This document shows, piece after piece, positions 25,875-38,000 of a DNA stretch of 64,000 nucleotides. The stretch covers positions 2,294,001-2,358,000 of the forward strand of contig CM120642.1 of the NCBI GenBank assembly GCA_051362555.1, in the 5' to 3' direction. Each line of letters opens with the position of its first letter. Within the stretch, counting starts at the first letter, position 1. The position numbers were made by a program, and so were the translations under genes. Below the pieces are notes generated by a model. It made no database searches, had not been told where the DNA came from, and was given only the letters and a program-made list of their open reading frames with translations. Source of the DNA: Lingula anatina. Its lineage: Eukaryota; Animalia; Brachiopoda.

Positions 25875-26211
25875 AGGCATAATAACTCTTTGTATGAGAC
25901 CTATATTTCACAATAAAAACCTTGTGAATAACTCATAGAAATATAATATATTATGTTTTACCACAAAAACAGCAGTTATAGCTTTTATTCTGATATTTGA
26001 ACTTGTCTTTAGACCACGTGACCTCCATTGATGTCTATACTTTGTTAAAATCTCTTAAGAGATTTTAACAAAAAACCAAACTTTTTGGAAAAAAACCAGG
26101 GACTAACTTTGAATGTAAAAATGGATTCATTAACCATTGGTAAGTATGGGAAAATTGTTGTTTACTCCAGGAAAATTCATTTTTTGGCCGAAACGAAGAG
26201 TTATTATTGCT
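25875..26211. mobile_element. TTAA-targeting MITE (Kolobok-like); related copy at 39149-39788
   Basis: TIR AG.C.TAATAACTCTT, TTAA on both flanks; the empty site ATGCTTAACTGC in other HINE copies confirms the TSD. Confidence 0.75.
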
Positions 26212-26254
26212 TTAATCGTTTCTTGAAGTTAACATCCTCTATTATAAAAGTTAC

Positions 26255-26403
26255 CTGACGTGTTCGTGGAGACATCCGCTGCACAGACGATGTCCACAGA
26301 CAGTTTGTCGTGGCTTCCTCAGCAAAAGATTACACTTCACACAGAGCAGGTGCGACGGTAACTCGGCATGGGGATCCTTAAGGCTGACTTTGTAACCTTT
26401 CAT
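26255..26403 (-). CDS. TRAF2: TRAF2-like, coding exon 1 (ATG and RING finger)
   Basis: MKGYKVSLKDPHAELPSHLLCVKCNLLLRKPRQTVCGHRLCSGCLHEHVS; donor AG|GTAAC; the 8 exons total 1629 nt, in frame. Confidence 0.9.
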
Positions 26404-27447
26404 TTTAGGCAAAAATACAAAACATTTCCAAAGATTATCATCTTAACAGTAATCTATAAATAGCTTTCCCGAAATCACCGTCAACATTAGGTACTGGTGA
26501 ACATAGTATATTTTACCACAATACTAAAAGGGGTTCACAAATGAATATTCTTAGATTTTTCTTAACATAAGCAAACATTTATTGGAACTTAACGTTAAGA
26601 GAAGTTCTGTTTTGTCTATTTTGCTGGAAATATTGATTTTAAAGATTTATTTTTTCATATAGCCCTCAATCCATTGCGCGCAATGATTTCCTAAAACAAA
26701 AGAAAGAAATGGGCGTTTAATTTTGAACTAAAAGGAAAAATGTGTAAAACTAACATTCCTCCTCAATATTATAATTTTTTACAATAAAAAATTGATCAAT
26801 TAATAGAACAGATTTAATTTTTTTTTATTTACGATGCTAGGCTCTCCTTTCGGGCGTGTGCATCAAGTGTGTTACAATACAAATCAACCAATCACCGACT
26901 GTTATAACGAATGTAGTTCAGTGAGAGAAAAGTAGTGCTTTTTTCCATTTTCCTGGCATTTCTTGTGTGTTGCTAGGGTTAATTTTGGTATCAACTATCA
27001 GGCTAGGGTGTAAACTACTGCCAGTTTTTATTTCAGGACCAGGCACAGATGCCGTGCAGTCTTGAGACCTCTGGCGGAGGGGGCTACTGACTGTGAGTGG
27101 TGCAGTGGTTTGTTTACAAACAGAGGGGTGCACATGTTCAAGTGATGCCTGATGACAGTACATTTTTTTTTTTTTTGCGATTGGGAGTTATGTCAGTCTG
27201 TCTGCTGTCCATGGGGGTGAGAAATGCTTCACACATTAATTTTGTTTATGCAGTTTTGCAGGCATTTCTTAGTATAGTCGTCAATGGAAAATTATTTGGT
27301 GGTTTCTGCCCTTGACAATCGCCCTACATCCGGGCATGATCAAATACAAATACAAGAAGTAATCCGCAGAGTGATTACCATAAAATTGGCATGCGAAATA
27401 TAAGAGGGCTAGCTAAGAAATTAGCTGATGATAACTTTGTCTCAACA

Positions 27448-27935
27448 TGTCAGGGACCCCTTAACGTTTGTAATACATTTATGAAAACTTCCATATCCGT
27501 ACAGGTATGATCTTATTTCTGAATTTCATTGCCTTTGTGTTTTTGAAGCCAGTTGAACTGGGCACTTCCTAGGAGGATGTGGAGGTGGTTGAGTGACCCC
27601 TAATTTAATTAACTGTTGTCCAGCAGGTCGTGGTGTGACCTTTAATGTAATTTAACCAGGTGACTGTATAACCTCTATAAAAGCTAGGTTGCTTACTGTG
27701 AGGGGGGCTTTTGCTAGAAATCATTTGAGACACGACGATTGTAGTACATGCTCTATATCTGAAGTAAATATTCGTTATAGTTACAGAAAACTTACATGAC
27801 TTGAGTTCGTTCTCTTTGCGTGTTTACATGCGTATGATTAGACATCGAACCGTGGACGTATTGAACTGCTATCGTGATCAACCGGCATAGGCTGGTATTA
27901 CGTAAAGTTCATAACTGATCGGGCGGTACCCGACA
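27448..27935 (+). repeat. 5' LTR (488 bp)
   Basis: Appears identical to 34313-34800; TATAAAA inside. Confidence 0.96.
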
Positions 27936-27991
27936 AATTGGCGAGCTCGTTAGGTATACGCTTCGTGAAGAGAACAACGGGAAAAGTCGCC

Positions 27992-29134
27992 ATGGCACAA
28001 GCTCCCGTGACACCGCAGATAACGGGACAAGGAGGAGAGCGAGGAGCGATGGACGCGTTGGTAAACGCCGTTACCATCATAGCACGAGACTTACAGGGGA
28101 AACAGATCCAAGACGCGAAACTTAAAATACTGGAGGATGCGGCAGACAGCATTAACAAATGCGCTGGATCCGTTTTATCAGAGGTACGAGAATACTTGGT
28201 TGAACTAGATGTTATGGAACCGACAGTGAGAACTGTGACCGGGGGCATAGTAAAATTAGTCTGTAAAACCTCAAGAGGGTCGCTTAGGAGAGAAATAGAA
28301 CGTTTTCTCAATGCACAGGAGGACAGAAATTTAGTTTCGTGGATCTGTATTAAGGAGCACATAGAAAAGACATTCTTATCAGCAAACGAATCGGAACGTT
28401 TGAAATCGGACCTCGAAATGATGCGGCAGTCGCCATATGAGACCTTAATAGCGTTCAATAGGAGATTTAGAGAGGCTTCTGCGCGTGCGTATCCGTCTCC
28501 TAGGGTTGCTGACACAGAAAGATTTGCCATTAGAATTTACACAAGAGGACTGCTTGACAAAAGTGTAGCGGAGAACCTCATAGTCCGCGGCCGGCCGACT
28601 ACACTGGACCAAGCCATCGCGTGGGCGGAAAACGAAAATGCGGGACGCGAACTATTCAAGCAAATGATAAGCGACCCAAATCCGTCACCGCCACAGACAA
28701 ACGTCATTGCACAGAACGCAATGTTTGAAAATACAGCGGCCAATAGGGTGGAAGAACCAATGGACATTTCCGTTATACAAACAGACGCGAGCAAACTTAT
28801 CCACCAATTACAGGAAACGTCAGCGACTATTCAGAAAGCGCTAAAAGAACAGGAAAGAATACAGACGCGCATCGCGAAAATTGAAACGCAGGTTTATAAC
28901 ACACCTGATGCCCAACCGCGCACGCAGCAGCAGAGGGAATTACGAAGAGACAATTTCCCACGACAAAACCTAAGCAATTCACGCCAAGCACAAGGGAGAC
29001 CGTTTACGCGGAATCAGTCAGGATGGCTAGAGGACGGGACCGTCGTCTGTTTTTACTGCAATAAACCGGGACACAAACGAGCCGAGTGCAGACTGCTGCG
29101 CACATACAAAAGAAGCAACCAGCATTTAAACTAG
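27992..29134 (+). CDS. gag: Gypsy Gag with CCHC zinc knuckle
   Basis: ATG at 27992; RQSPYE motif; CFYCNKPGHKRAEC. Confidence 0.9.
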   Translation: MAQAPVTPQITGQGGERGAMDALVNAVTIIARDLQGKQIQDAKLKILEDAADSINKCAGSVLSEVREYLVELDVMEPTVRTVTGGIVKLVCKTSRGSLRREIERFLNAQEDRNLVSWICIKEHIEKTFLSANESERLKSDLEMMRQSPYETLIAFNRRFREASARAYPSPRVADTERFAIRIYTRGLLDKSVAENLIVRGRPTTLDQAIAWAENENAGRELFKQMISDPNPSPPQTNVIAQNAMFENTAANRVEEPMDISVIQTDASKLIHQLQETSATIQKALKEQERIQTRIAKIETQVYNTPDAQPRTQQQRELRRDNFPRQNLSNSRQAQGRPFTRNQSGWLEDGTVVCFYCNKPGHKRAECRLLRTYKRSNQHLN

Positions 29135-32100
29135 CTTCCGCAGGGACTGCAACTAAGGAAAGGAATCAACGATTAGGCGCGTCATTATCAGTTAGTGGTG
29201 TGAAAATCGCCAGTTTAATTGATAGTGGGGCGAGTTGCAGTTGCCTGCGGTTAGATGTATTTTTGAAAATTTGCAAATCAACGGGGAGGCCAGTCTTGGT
29301 AGAGAAAACTAGGGACATCTTCAGTGTGTCAGGCGAGAAGTTGGACGTGAAAGGCCGGGCACAGATCAAAATAGACAACATTGGAATTTTTGAAGTCATT
29401 GTGGTAGCGAACATAGATCATGAAATGATCATAGGCATAGACATTTTGAAGCAGGGCAAAGCGAAGATTGACTGCGTAAGAAAATCTATGACTCTCTTTG
29501 ATAAAGAATGGCCATTGACGGACTACGGACTACCAGGCCCAGTTTCGGAAATCACTCAACTACCACAATCATCGGGACACGACAAAATTGACACACTGCT
29601 ACAGGAATATCATGACGTCTTCAGCACGACTGAACACCCCCTAGGGAAATGCGATATGATGCCCATGATCATTGATACGGGAGATAACAGGCCGGTCCAA
29701 CAGAGAGCTTATCGTGCGCCGCTAGCCAAGAGAGAATGGATTGAGAAGGAAATTCAGAACTTATTGGACAACGACGTCATCAGACCAAGCCAAAGTCAGT
29801 GGTCTTCACCTGTCCTTTTAACACCTAAATCAGATAATCACCTAAATGGATCTATGAGGTTTTGCGTAGATTACCGTAAACTGAATGAAATTACGAAGGT
29901 TGATAGATATCCTTTACCGTTAATCAACGATATATTTGATAACATCGGTGGAGCCACAGTTTACAGTGTGATTGATTTAAAACAGGGGTTCAATCAATGC
30001 GCACTTGATGAAGCAGACATGCATAAGACTGCATTCATCTGCCACCGCGGTCTGTTTGAGTACAAGACTATGCCTTTCGGCCTTTCTAATGGACCTAATC
30101 ACTATCAGAAACTGATCGATCACGTATTGAACGGACTCATCGGCAAATCAGTATATTGCTACATCGATGACTGCGTGATTTTCTCGCAAAACATGGAAGA
30201 TCACATCGTGCACTTACAACAAGTGTTTGACCGTTTCAGAAAGGCCAACCTCAAAATTAACCCCAAGAAATGCGAGTTTGCAAAAAGTGAAGTGCACCTG
30301 CTGGGATATATCATCAACAAGGACGGCATACGTAGCAACCCGGAGAAGTTGCGACCCATCAAAGAAATGGCAACGCCTACGCGAGTTAAAGATGTGAGAT
30401 CATTTTTAGGAATGTGCAACTATTACGCGAGGACTGTCCCAGACTTCGCAGGGATCGCAGCCCCATTGTATAAGTTGACAAACAAAAATGTGCCGTTTGA
30501 ATGGACGGAAGAACACCAACGAAGTTTTGAGAAACTGAAAGATCTGTTGATGTCCAATAGAGTTATGGCCCATCCCAGAATAAACGAACCGTATAAACTG
30601 TATACAGATGCAAGCAATTCCGCGATAGGGGGCGTGCTGGTCCAAACAAATGAGAAGGGACAAGATAGAGTCGTACAATATGTAAGTCACAAACTATCTC
30701 CGAGCCAGCAAAGATACTCTACGATAGAGAAGGAAGCGTATGCTGTAATGTACAACGTGAACAAATTGCGACCCTATCTGTGGGGATCGGACGTGACAAT
30801 TTACACTGATCACAAACCCCTGAAGGCACTGTTTTCGTCCAAAATACAAAATGCGCGTTTACAAAGATGGGCAGCGATACTCGCAGAGTATAATGCAAAG
30901 ATTGAATACATAAAAGGCACGAAAAACATATGCGCGGATTTCCTCAGTCGACTACCGGCAGAACGCGAAGAAATGGCTATTATTGACATTGAAGAAAACT
31001 GGTTTGACCCCAGATCGTTCCCGGACAGTATGGCCTTGCACAATATTCCCCTCGAAGCCGATGGACTAAATGTGGAGGATATCATCCGATATCAGGGTGC
31101 CGAATTCCCAAAGGAGATAAAGGAAGCTCTTGAAAATGAGGACTCAGACTATGAAATTTATCAAGGTGTTTTATATTCAGTTAGACCTCCTACTCAATCA
31201 GAACCTGAATATCCGCGATTGGTGTTACCTCATGCATATAGAAATCAAATTATAGGACGATGCCACAAAGATGTGGGACACATGTCAGCTTTTAAGACCC
31301 TCTGTCGCGTCAGGGAGTGTTACGTTTGGAAAGGAATGCGCAAACACATAACCAATTGGATACGGAGGTGTACAACCTGCCTTGCTCATAGAAGTGTTCC
31401 CCAGCGAACCACATTAGGACAGCTACCGGAAGCGGCGTACCCTTTTCAAATGATAGGGATGGACTTAGTAGGACCTTTTCAGGAATCAGAAAAAGGAAAT
31501 TGCTACTGCCTAAATGTGATTTGTTACCTGAGTGGCTGGGCGGAATGTTTTCCAATTCCAGATAAAACATCCAAGTCAGTAGAAACTGCGCTAGCCACCG
31601 AATTTTTCCCGCGACATGGAATTCCAGAAATCGTGATCTCGGATAGGGGAAGCGAATTCAGCGCTATGGAATTCCAGACCTACTTGGCGAATTTAGGCAT
31701 CGATCACAGAAGAACGACGGCGTACAATCCAAAATGCTCTGGCAAAATAGAAAAATTCAATCAAACTTTTAAACAATTGATATCGCGGCTCGTCAATAAC
31801 GATACACGCAAGTGGGAAGAACAAACGGCTAATGCCTTGTTCGCATATCGAAATAGCGTTTCATCGGTTAAGGGCTTCACACCTTTCTATCTGACATATG
31901 GACGTCGGCCGCGTTTGCCACTGTCATCGATGTTAAACCCATCAAACAATTATCATGCACTAAATGGGAGATTGGGAGATCTGGCAGACGCTTTGACAGC
32001 CGCAAGAGATAATCTTCAGTCTTCAAGATTAGAAAACAAACGGAGATTTGACGCGAAAGCAAACGCCAACAAAATAGAGGTAGGAGACACTGTTATAGTT

Positions 32101-32712
32101 TACGCTCCTGACAACGTAACTTTCGGATCCAAGTGGGACCCAGTCTGGACAGTCACACGACACAGAGGAAATGTTTTCTGGGTCACCCACCAGCAAACAG
32201 GCAAGTCACGGGTTGTTAACAGGAACAAACTCAGATTGGTAGACAGAGGATTACCATGGGATGAAGTCAGGCCACGTGCACGCCGTGTATTCAGGAGGAG
32301 GGCAAATCCAGGGGGACCGCAGTTGCAACTTGGTGGACCACCAGTCAACTCAAATGCCACAAGGGAAGAACCCACTCCACAACACGAAGTGCCAGATTCA
32401 AACAAACGTAGAAGGGTATCCAGCCACGCAGATAGGGAGGTGTCGGTGAGTATGACAGGTGAGTCTAACTCAGTCAGTAACCGACAAACTGTACCCGCAA
32501 GGCGTAGGCACGGCGCAGCGCCACAATTTAGTATCCCCACTCATTCCTACAACACTAGGTTCAGGAAGAGATGTATCGGGGAAGACGAGAATCAGGTTAG
32601 TCACAAGAGGTTAAGAGCAGCCGACTACGAGGGCGTGGTCGAGCAGGAACAAATGGAGGAAGCTGACTGCGAGGGCGTAGTCGAGCGAGAACAAATGGAG
32701 ATGTCTAATTAA
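29086..32712 (+). CDS. pol: Gypsy Pol (protease, RT, RNase H, integrase), in the -1 frame relative to gag
   Basis: LIDSGAS, YIDD, LYTDAS, HHCC zinc finger, MDLVGP/ISDRGSEF/KIE DDE motifs. Confidence 0.96.
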   Translation: MQTAAHIQKKQPAFKLASAGTATKERNQRLGASLSVSGVKIASLIDSGASCSCLRLDVFLKICKSTGRPVLVEKTRDIFSVSGEKLDVKGRAQIKIDNIGIFEVIVVANIDHEMIIGIDILKQGKAKIDCVRKSMTLFDKEWPLTDYGLPGPVSEITQLPQSSGHDKIDTLLQEYHDVFSTTEHPLGKCDMMPMIIDTGDNRPVQQRAYRAPLAKREWIEKEIQNLLDNDVIRPSQSQWSSPVLLTPKSDNHLNGSMRFCVDYRKLNEITKVDRYPLPLINDIFDNIGGATVYSVIDLKQGFNQCALDEADMHKTAFICHRGLFEYKTMPFGLSNGPNHYQKLIDHVLNGLIGKSVYCYIDDCVIFSQNMEDHIVHLQQVFDRFRKANLKINPKKCEFAKSEVHLLGYIINKDGIRSNPEKLRPIKEMATPTRVKDVRSFLGMCNYYARTVPDFAGIAAPLYKLTNKNVPFEWTEEHQRSFEKLKDLLMSNRVMAHPRINEPYKLYTDASNSAIGGVLVQTNEKGQDRVVQYVSHKLSPSQQRYSTIEKEAYAVMYNVNKLRPYLWGSDVTIYTDHKPLKALFSSKIQNARLQRWAAILAEYNAKIEYIKGTKNICADFLSRLPAEREEMAIIDIEENWFDPRSFPDSMALHNIPLEADGLNVEDIIRYQGAEFPKEIKEALENEDSDYEIYQGVLYSVRPPTQSEPEYPRLVLPHAYRNQIIGRCHKDVGHMSAFKTLCRVRECYVWKGMRKHITNWIRRCTTCLAHRSVPQRTTLGQLPEAAYPFQMIGMDLVGPFQESEKGNCYCLNVICYLSGWAECFPIPDKTSKSVETALATEFFPRHGIPEIVISDRGSEFSAMEFQTYLANLGIDHRRTTAYNPKCSGKIEKFNQTFKQLISRLVNNDTRKWEEQTANALFAYRNSVSSVKGFTPFYLTYGRRPRLPLSSMLNPSNNYHALNGRLGDLADALTAARDNLQSSRLENKRRFDAKANANKIEVGDTVIVYAPDNVTFGSKWDPVWTVTRHRGNVFWVTHQQTGKSRVVNRNKLRLVDRGLPWDEVRPRARRVFRRRANPGGPQLQLGGPPVNSNATREEPTPQHEVPDSNKRRRVSSHADREVSVSMTGESNSVSNRQTVPARRRHGAAPQFSIPTHSYNTRFRKRCIGEDENQVSHKRLRAADYEGVVEQEQMEEADCEGVVEREQMEMSN
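29125..29131 (+). promoter_or_regulatory. -1 ribosomal frameshift slippery site T TTA AAC
   Basis: X XXY YYZ heptamer immediately before the gag TAG, followed by a potential TTCC-GCAG/CTGC-GGAA stem. Confidence 0.8.
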
Positions 32713-34312
32713 GTGGTTTATAAGGGAATGTAAGTCGCGCGCATTTCAAATAATATGTGAGTTTCCTTTTTATTCTAGGAATCACAGGAGAATGGAGCAG
32801 GCTGTCTGACAGAGTGTAATCACCCAGAGACAGCAGTTAAAAGTGACAAAGGCCCAGGGGACAACACGCGTAACATCGAGTAAACCGCGATTTAAACCAC
32901 GAAGTAATAACAAATAAAAGGCATAAATAGGGTTTAAAACAAAATTTTCTTAAAAGCTATAGCAAAATAACACACACACAAACATTAGGTAGGATGTTAA
33001 CCGTTTTGCGAGTTGGAGAATCCTCGAGAGGTCATGCCTGGTCCTTAGGTTAGGTTGGATGTGGCTAGTCCTGGTGATAACGTGCGGTCATCTAGGGATA
33101 TTGAGGGTTGTTCGATTTCGCATTATCGGCTCTAAGCTATCGCGATAACTAACTAAATAAATAAATAAAAACCTTAATCTAATGGATAAAATAAAATAAA
33201 ATAAAAACGGTATTTTTTTGGATATAGGCCTGAGTCCAGGATTATGTTAAAAGGATCAGTGACTCAAATACTATAATGTTGGGAATGACTGTTTTGTATT
33301 AAGGACATTTTGACTTTCAGAGATTTAGGAGGGAATGAATTACTTAAAACACTAATCAAGCAAATTTTTCTTTTCAGAAGCTGTATGGAAGATTTTTTTT
33401 TATATATACATAATATTTGTTACGTTTCATTTGCATATTGTAACCATGCTGCCCGACCGGGAGGCGATTTTTCTTCTTGTGTTTTTCAGACATTATCTGA
33501 CATGGTTGAGAGTTTCAAAGGCAGAAGTAATGTGGTGTACCCAGCATCTCCAGAAAGATTCCCAGGGTGTGAAATGACCAGACATGGACACGCACTGATC
33601 TGAGAAGGAACCCGTCGATGATGTTTTGGGACACTTAATGCAGTTAACTCGTGGACACGAGTATAAACAACCGGGCAAGAGCAGTCCTGAGGTCACGTTA
33701 GTGATTGAGGTCTGTAGTGAAGGAATGGGTTACCACGAATCTTGCTTACCTGGGCTCGTCCTTGAGCAAGACGTACTCGCTCGTTGCTTCCCAAGCAGGG
33801 TTACGCAAAGAAAACTCCTACTTAAACAGGAGAGGTACTGCCAGCATCACAGAGATGGAAGATTGCTCTATGCATCATTTAATGTGGACTCGCGGAATTG
33901 AGCAGAACAAGATGGACTTTCTCGGAGAACATGTTTAAGAGAAGTGAATCTTCAACAAATCAGACAAAGGACAGTTGTTAATAAATTTAACAATTACTCA
34001 GTGACAGCAGAATAGAATTATATATAAATGAGCCGTGTCTTATATAAACAATTATATATATGAACATCTGCTTGTGCTACAGTGCTATTTTAATAATTTT
34101 TTAAACATCTTTATACGTTTTAGCTCACGGTTTTTCTTTCCTCGATTTTTCTCCTCATATGGTTACAAAGATATAGTGAGTTTTTTTTTTCTTTTAACGG
34201 GGAAAGTTTTTTAACCCAGAGCGTTAATTCACATTTACAAATAGGTGTGTTTATATCTATAAAAAAAAAAATAGGTTAACATATTTTTTTTTATGTGGGA
34301 AAAGGAGGAATG

Positions 34313-34800
34313 TGTCAGGGACCCCTTAACGTTTGTAATACATTTATGAAAACTTCCATATCCGTACAGGTATGATCTTATTTCTGAATTTCATTGCCTT
34401 TGTGTTTTTGAAGCCAGTTGAACTGGGCACTTCCTAGGAGGATGTGGAGGTGGTTGAGTGACCCCTAATTTAATTAACTGTTGTCCAGCAGGTCGTGGTG
34501 TGACCTTTAATGTAATTTAACCAGGTGACTGTATAACCTCTATAAAAGCTAGGTTGCTTACTGTGAGGGGGGCTTTTGCTAGAAATCATTTGAGACACGA
34601 CGATTGTAGTACATGCTCTATATCTGAAGTAAATATTCGTTATAGTTACAGAAAACTTACATGACTTGAGTTCGTTCTCTTTGCGTGTTTACATGCGTAT
34701 GATTAGACATCGAACCGTGGACGTATTGAACTGCTATCGTGATCAACCGGCATAGGCTGGTATTACGTAAAGTTCATAACTGATCGGGCGGTACCCGACA
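34313..34800 (+). repeat. 3' LTR (488 bp)
   Basis: Direct repeat of the 5' LTR. Confidence 0.96.
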
Positions 34801-35012
34801 AATAGTCCAGAATTTTGACATTTTTGTTTGTGTAGAAACATTCAGTACGGTAAGATCAAAAATTGCCCTTCCCACTGGTACCCACAGTCATATAGTAAAG
34901 TTAAGAACAAAAAAAGAAAGTCAAAGGCAGACCCTCAGGCGGAATAGTAATTTATTACAAAAAGGAACTTATAAATGGTATTAAAGTACTCAGTAGCAAA
35001 AGTGAAAACCTC

Positions 35013-38000
35013 ATGTGGATCCAACTATCAAGCAGACAACTAGGCCTAGAACAAGATGTTTACTTATGTGCAGTATACGTAAAACCCAACAACGGTCCAT
35101 CTGACGAAGCAACATTAGAAATTTTGGAAGAAGAAATCGCTAGTTACCAGAACTATGGGTTAATTTGCTTAGTTGGTGACTTCAATGCTAGAACTGGATC
35201 ATTGCCAGACTTCATTAAAAATGATAATACATTTGGTATACCAGTGGCTGATAGTTACACCACAAATAGTTTTTTACAAAAAAGAAACAATGTAGATACA
35301 GTAGTCAACCGCCAAGGAAAAGCCTTGCTTGAACTATGTATGAATAGCAACTTAAGAATATTGAATGGTAGAGTCAAAGGAAATTCACTTGGGTATCCCA
35401 CATGTTACAATAGGCAAGGGTGCAGTGCTGTTGATTATGCTATTGTAAGTGATAGACTGCTGAGCAAAATCATGTATTTAACAGTTTTACCTATTGATTA
35501 TTTATCTGACCATTGCCTGCTAGACCTTGCAATCTACACCTCTGGTAGGCCTACTCAAGAAATAGAAAAATCACTGCCTATTCAAAATTTTAAAGATAGC
35601 TACTTTTGGGAAACTGGCTCCACTGAAAAATTTGTACAAGCCCTTGAAACTGAAGAAATCCTGAGCGCAATAAGTCATGCACAAAATACAAACTACCCAG
35701 CCTCAAAACACGGAATAAATACTGCCTGTGGTGAACTAACAAACATTATTGAAAAAGCTGCAACTATGTCCTTACGAAAAAGAAATATACCAAAAAGTAA
35801 TAAAACAAAAAAGAAAATAAAACGAATTAAACAACAGCCATGGTTTGACAGCTCATGCTCTGAAATTAGAAGAAATATTAAAAATCTCGGAAGACTTTTA
35901 CAAAAGAATCCCCACAATAACTTCATCTCTCAAACATATCATGCGGCAACCAAAAAATATAAACAGCTTTTAAAACAAAAGAAAAGAGAATATAAAGACT
36001 CATTACTTAAAAAGCTGATCAATTCTGAACGAAACAATCCAAAAGAATTCTGGAAAACCCTTAAAAGCCTTAAGGATAAAGATGATAAGAGCAATCCTGT
36101 GAACCCTGATATTTGGCAACAACATTTTCAAAAACTCTGTGGCATCCCCCCTGTTGAAGATAAAAGATTAGATGATGAAATTAAAACCTATGAAAACCAA
36201 GAAGGAGACTCTACACTCAACGGTCCAATAACAATCGGTGAAGTGAAAAAAGCTATTAAAAAACTGAAAAACAGTAAAACTGCTGGCCAAGACTCGATAA
36301 GAAATGAAATGTTAAAATCTGGATCAAAATACTTAGTGGGCCTGCTAACAAAGGTTTTTAATTTGGCACTAAACACAGCGGAAACACCAGATGCTTGGAA
36401 CTTGGGCATAATACTGCCACTATACAAATCCGGAGAGCACACAGACCCATCAAATTATAGAGGCCTGTGTATAACCAGCTGCCTTGGTAAGCTCTTTAAT
36501 TCCATAATAACGGACAGACTGTCCATCTACCTAGAAGTTAATCGGAAATTGAGTGAAGAACAAGCAGGTTTTAGACCTGGATATCGGACAGCCGATCATA
36601 TTTTCACACTAAAATCACTGATAAACAAGTACATGAATCAAAATAAACGCTTATATACTTGTTTCATTGATCTACGCAAAGCTTTCGACACAGTATGGCA
36701 TAAAGGACTTTTCCTGAAACTTCTCAAAACCGGAATTCGAGGCAGAGTATACAACATTATTAAATACATGTATGAAAACACAAGATTAGGTGTATCAGTA
36801 GACAAAGGATATACTCAACCTTTTTTATCTAAAATTGGCATAAGACAAGGGGACAACCTTAGTCCCATATTATTTAACATCTTTATTGATGACATAAAAG
36901 CTGAACTCTACACTGTTAATGACACCTCCAAAGTTGAGGAAATAAGTCATATACTGTATGCAGATGACTTGGTTTTGATTTCTAAAACAAAAGATGGCTT
37001 GCAAACACTGTTGAATAAACTTGAGAGGTATTGTGAGAGATGGAAATTACGTGTAAACGAAGAGAAATCAAAAGTAATAGTTTTTCATAAATCTGGTAGA
37101 ACTGAATCACTTAATTTTGTCATAAATGATAGACCAATTGAAATAGTAAAACAATATCAATACTTAGGGGTAATATTTACTAACACGGGATCACTAAAGA
37201 AAACCTTAGAAAATCTAAAACAAAAAGCCCTCAAAGCAATCTTTTCCTTAAAAGGAGCACTAGCATCAAATGAAATCTCCTCTCCACTCCTTACAATGTC
37301 ACTCTTTGACAAAATGATAAAGCCCATACTACTTTATGGGTGTGAAGTCTGGGGACAAGAAATATTATCACAAAAAAAGATGACTTTGGAAAAACTAAAT
37401 AAAATGCCTTTCGAGCAAGTACACTTGAAATTTTGTAAGTGGGCATTAGGTGTAAGGAAATCTGCCAGCAATAATGCCTGCAGAGCAGAAATGGGTCGCT
37501 TCCCAATATATTTGGACATAGTAAAATTAGTCTCAAAATACAGTGCTAGACTCCAAGAACTCCCAGATAACAGAATTGTTAAACAAGCATATAACAGGGA
37601 AAAAATAGAAAATGGAAGTAACTGGTATCAGACAATGTCAAATATTAAAATTTGTTGGGAACTTAATACAAACAGACATAATTGCGAAATCCACAACTAC
37701 CCAGATCTTGAAATAGAAATAACTAATGAAATAAAACGAAAATTTTGGGAAGAAATCCATAGAAATACCAACAACAAACTCCGCACCTACAGCAAAATTA
37801 AGAAATCCTATGAAGCTGAGCCATATTTGGAATTAAAAGTCCCTTTTACATATAAAAAAATTCTAGCCAAAATGAGGGTCAGTGACCACGAGTTAGAGAT
37901 TGAAAGAGGCAGATATACCCACCCCAAAACAAAAATTGAGGACAGAAAGTGTCCTCACTGTAATGCAGTGGAAGATGAAGCTCACTTTTTTTTTCTTGAG

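Larger units (their letters stand above)
27448..34800 (+). mobile_element. Full-length Ty3/Gypsy LTR retrotransposon
   Basis: TG..CA LTRs, PBS TGGCGAGC at 27939, PPT GGGAAAAGGAGGAA at 34297-34310, domain order gag-PR-RT-RH-IN, flanks AACA/AATA. Confidence 0.97.

Noticed and set aside
27898-32540. Minus-strand ORFs such as 27898-28530 and 32100-32540
   Set aside because: Antisense shadows of gag/pol with no recognisable motifs
32713-34296. env gene
   Set aside because: No long ORF, signal peptide or transmembrane segment
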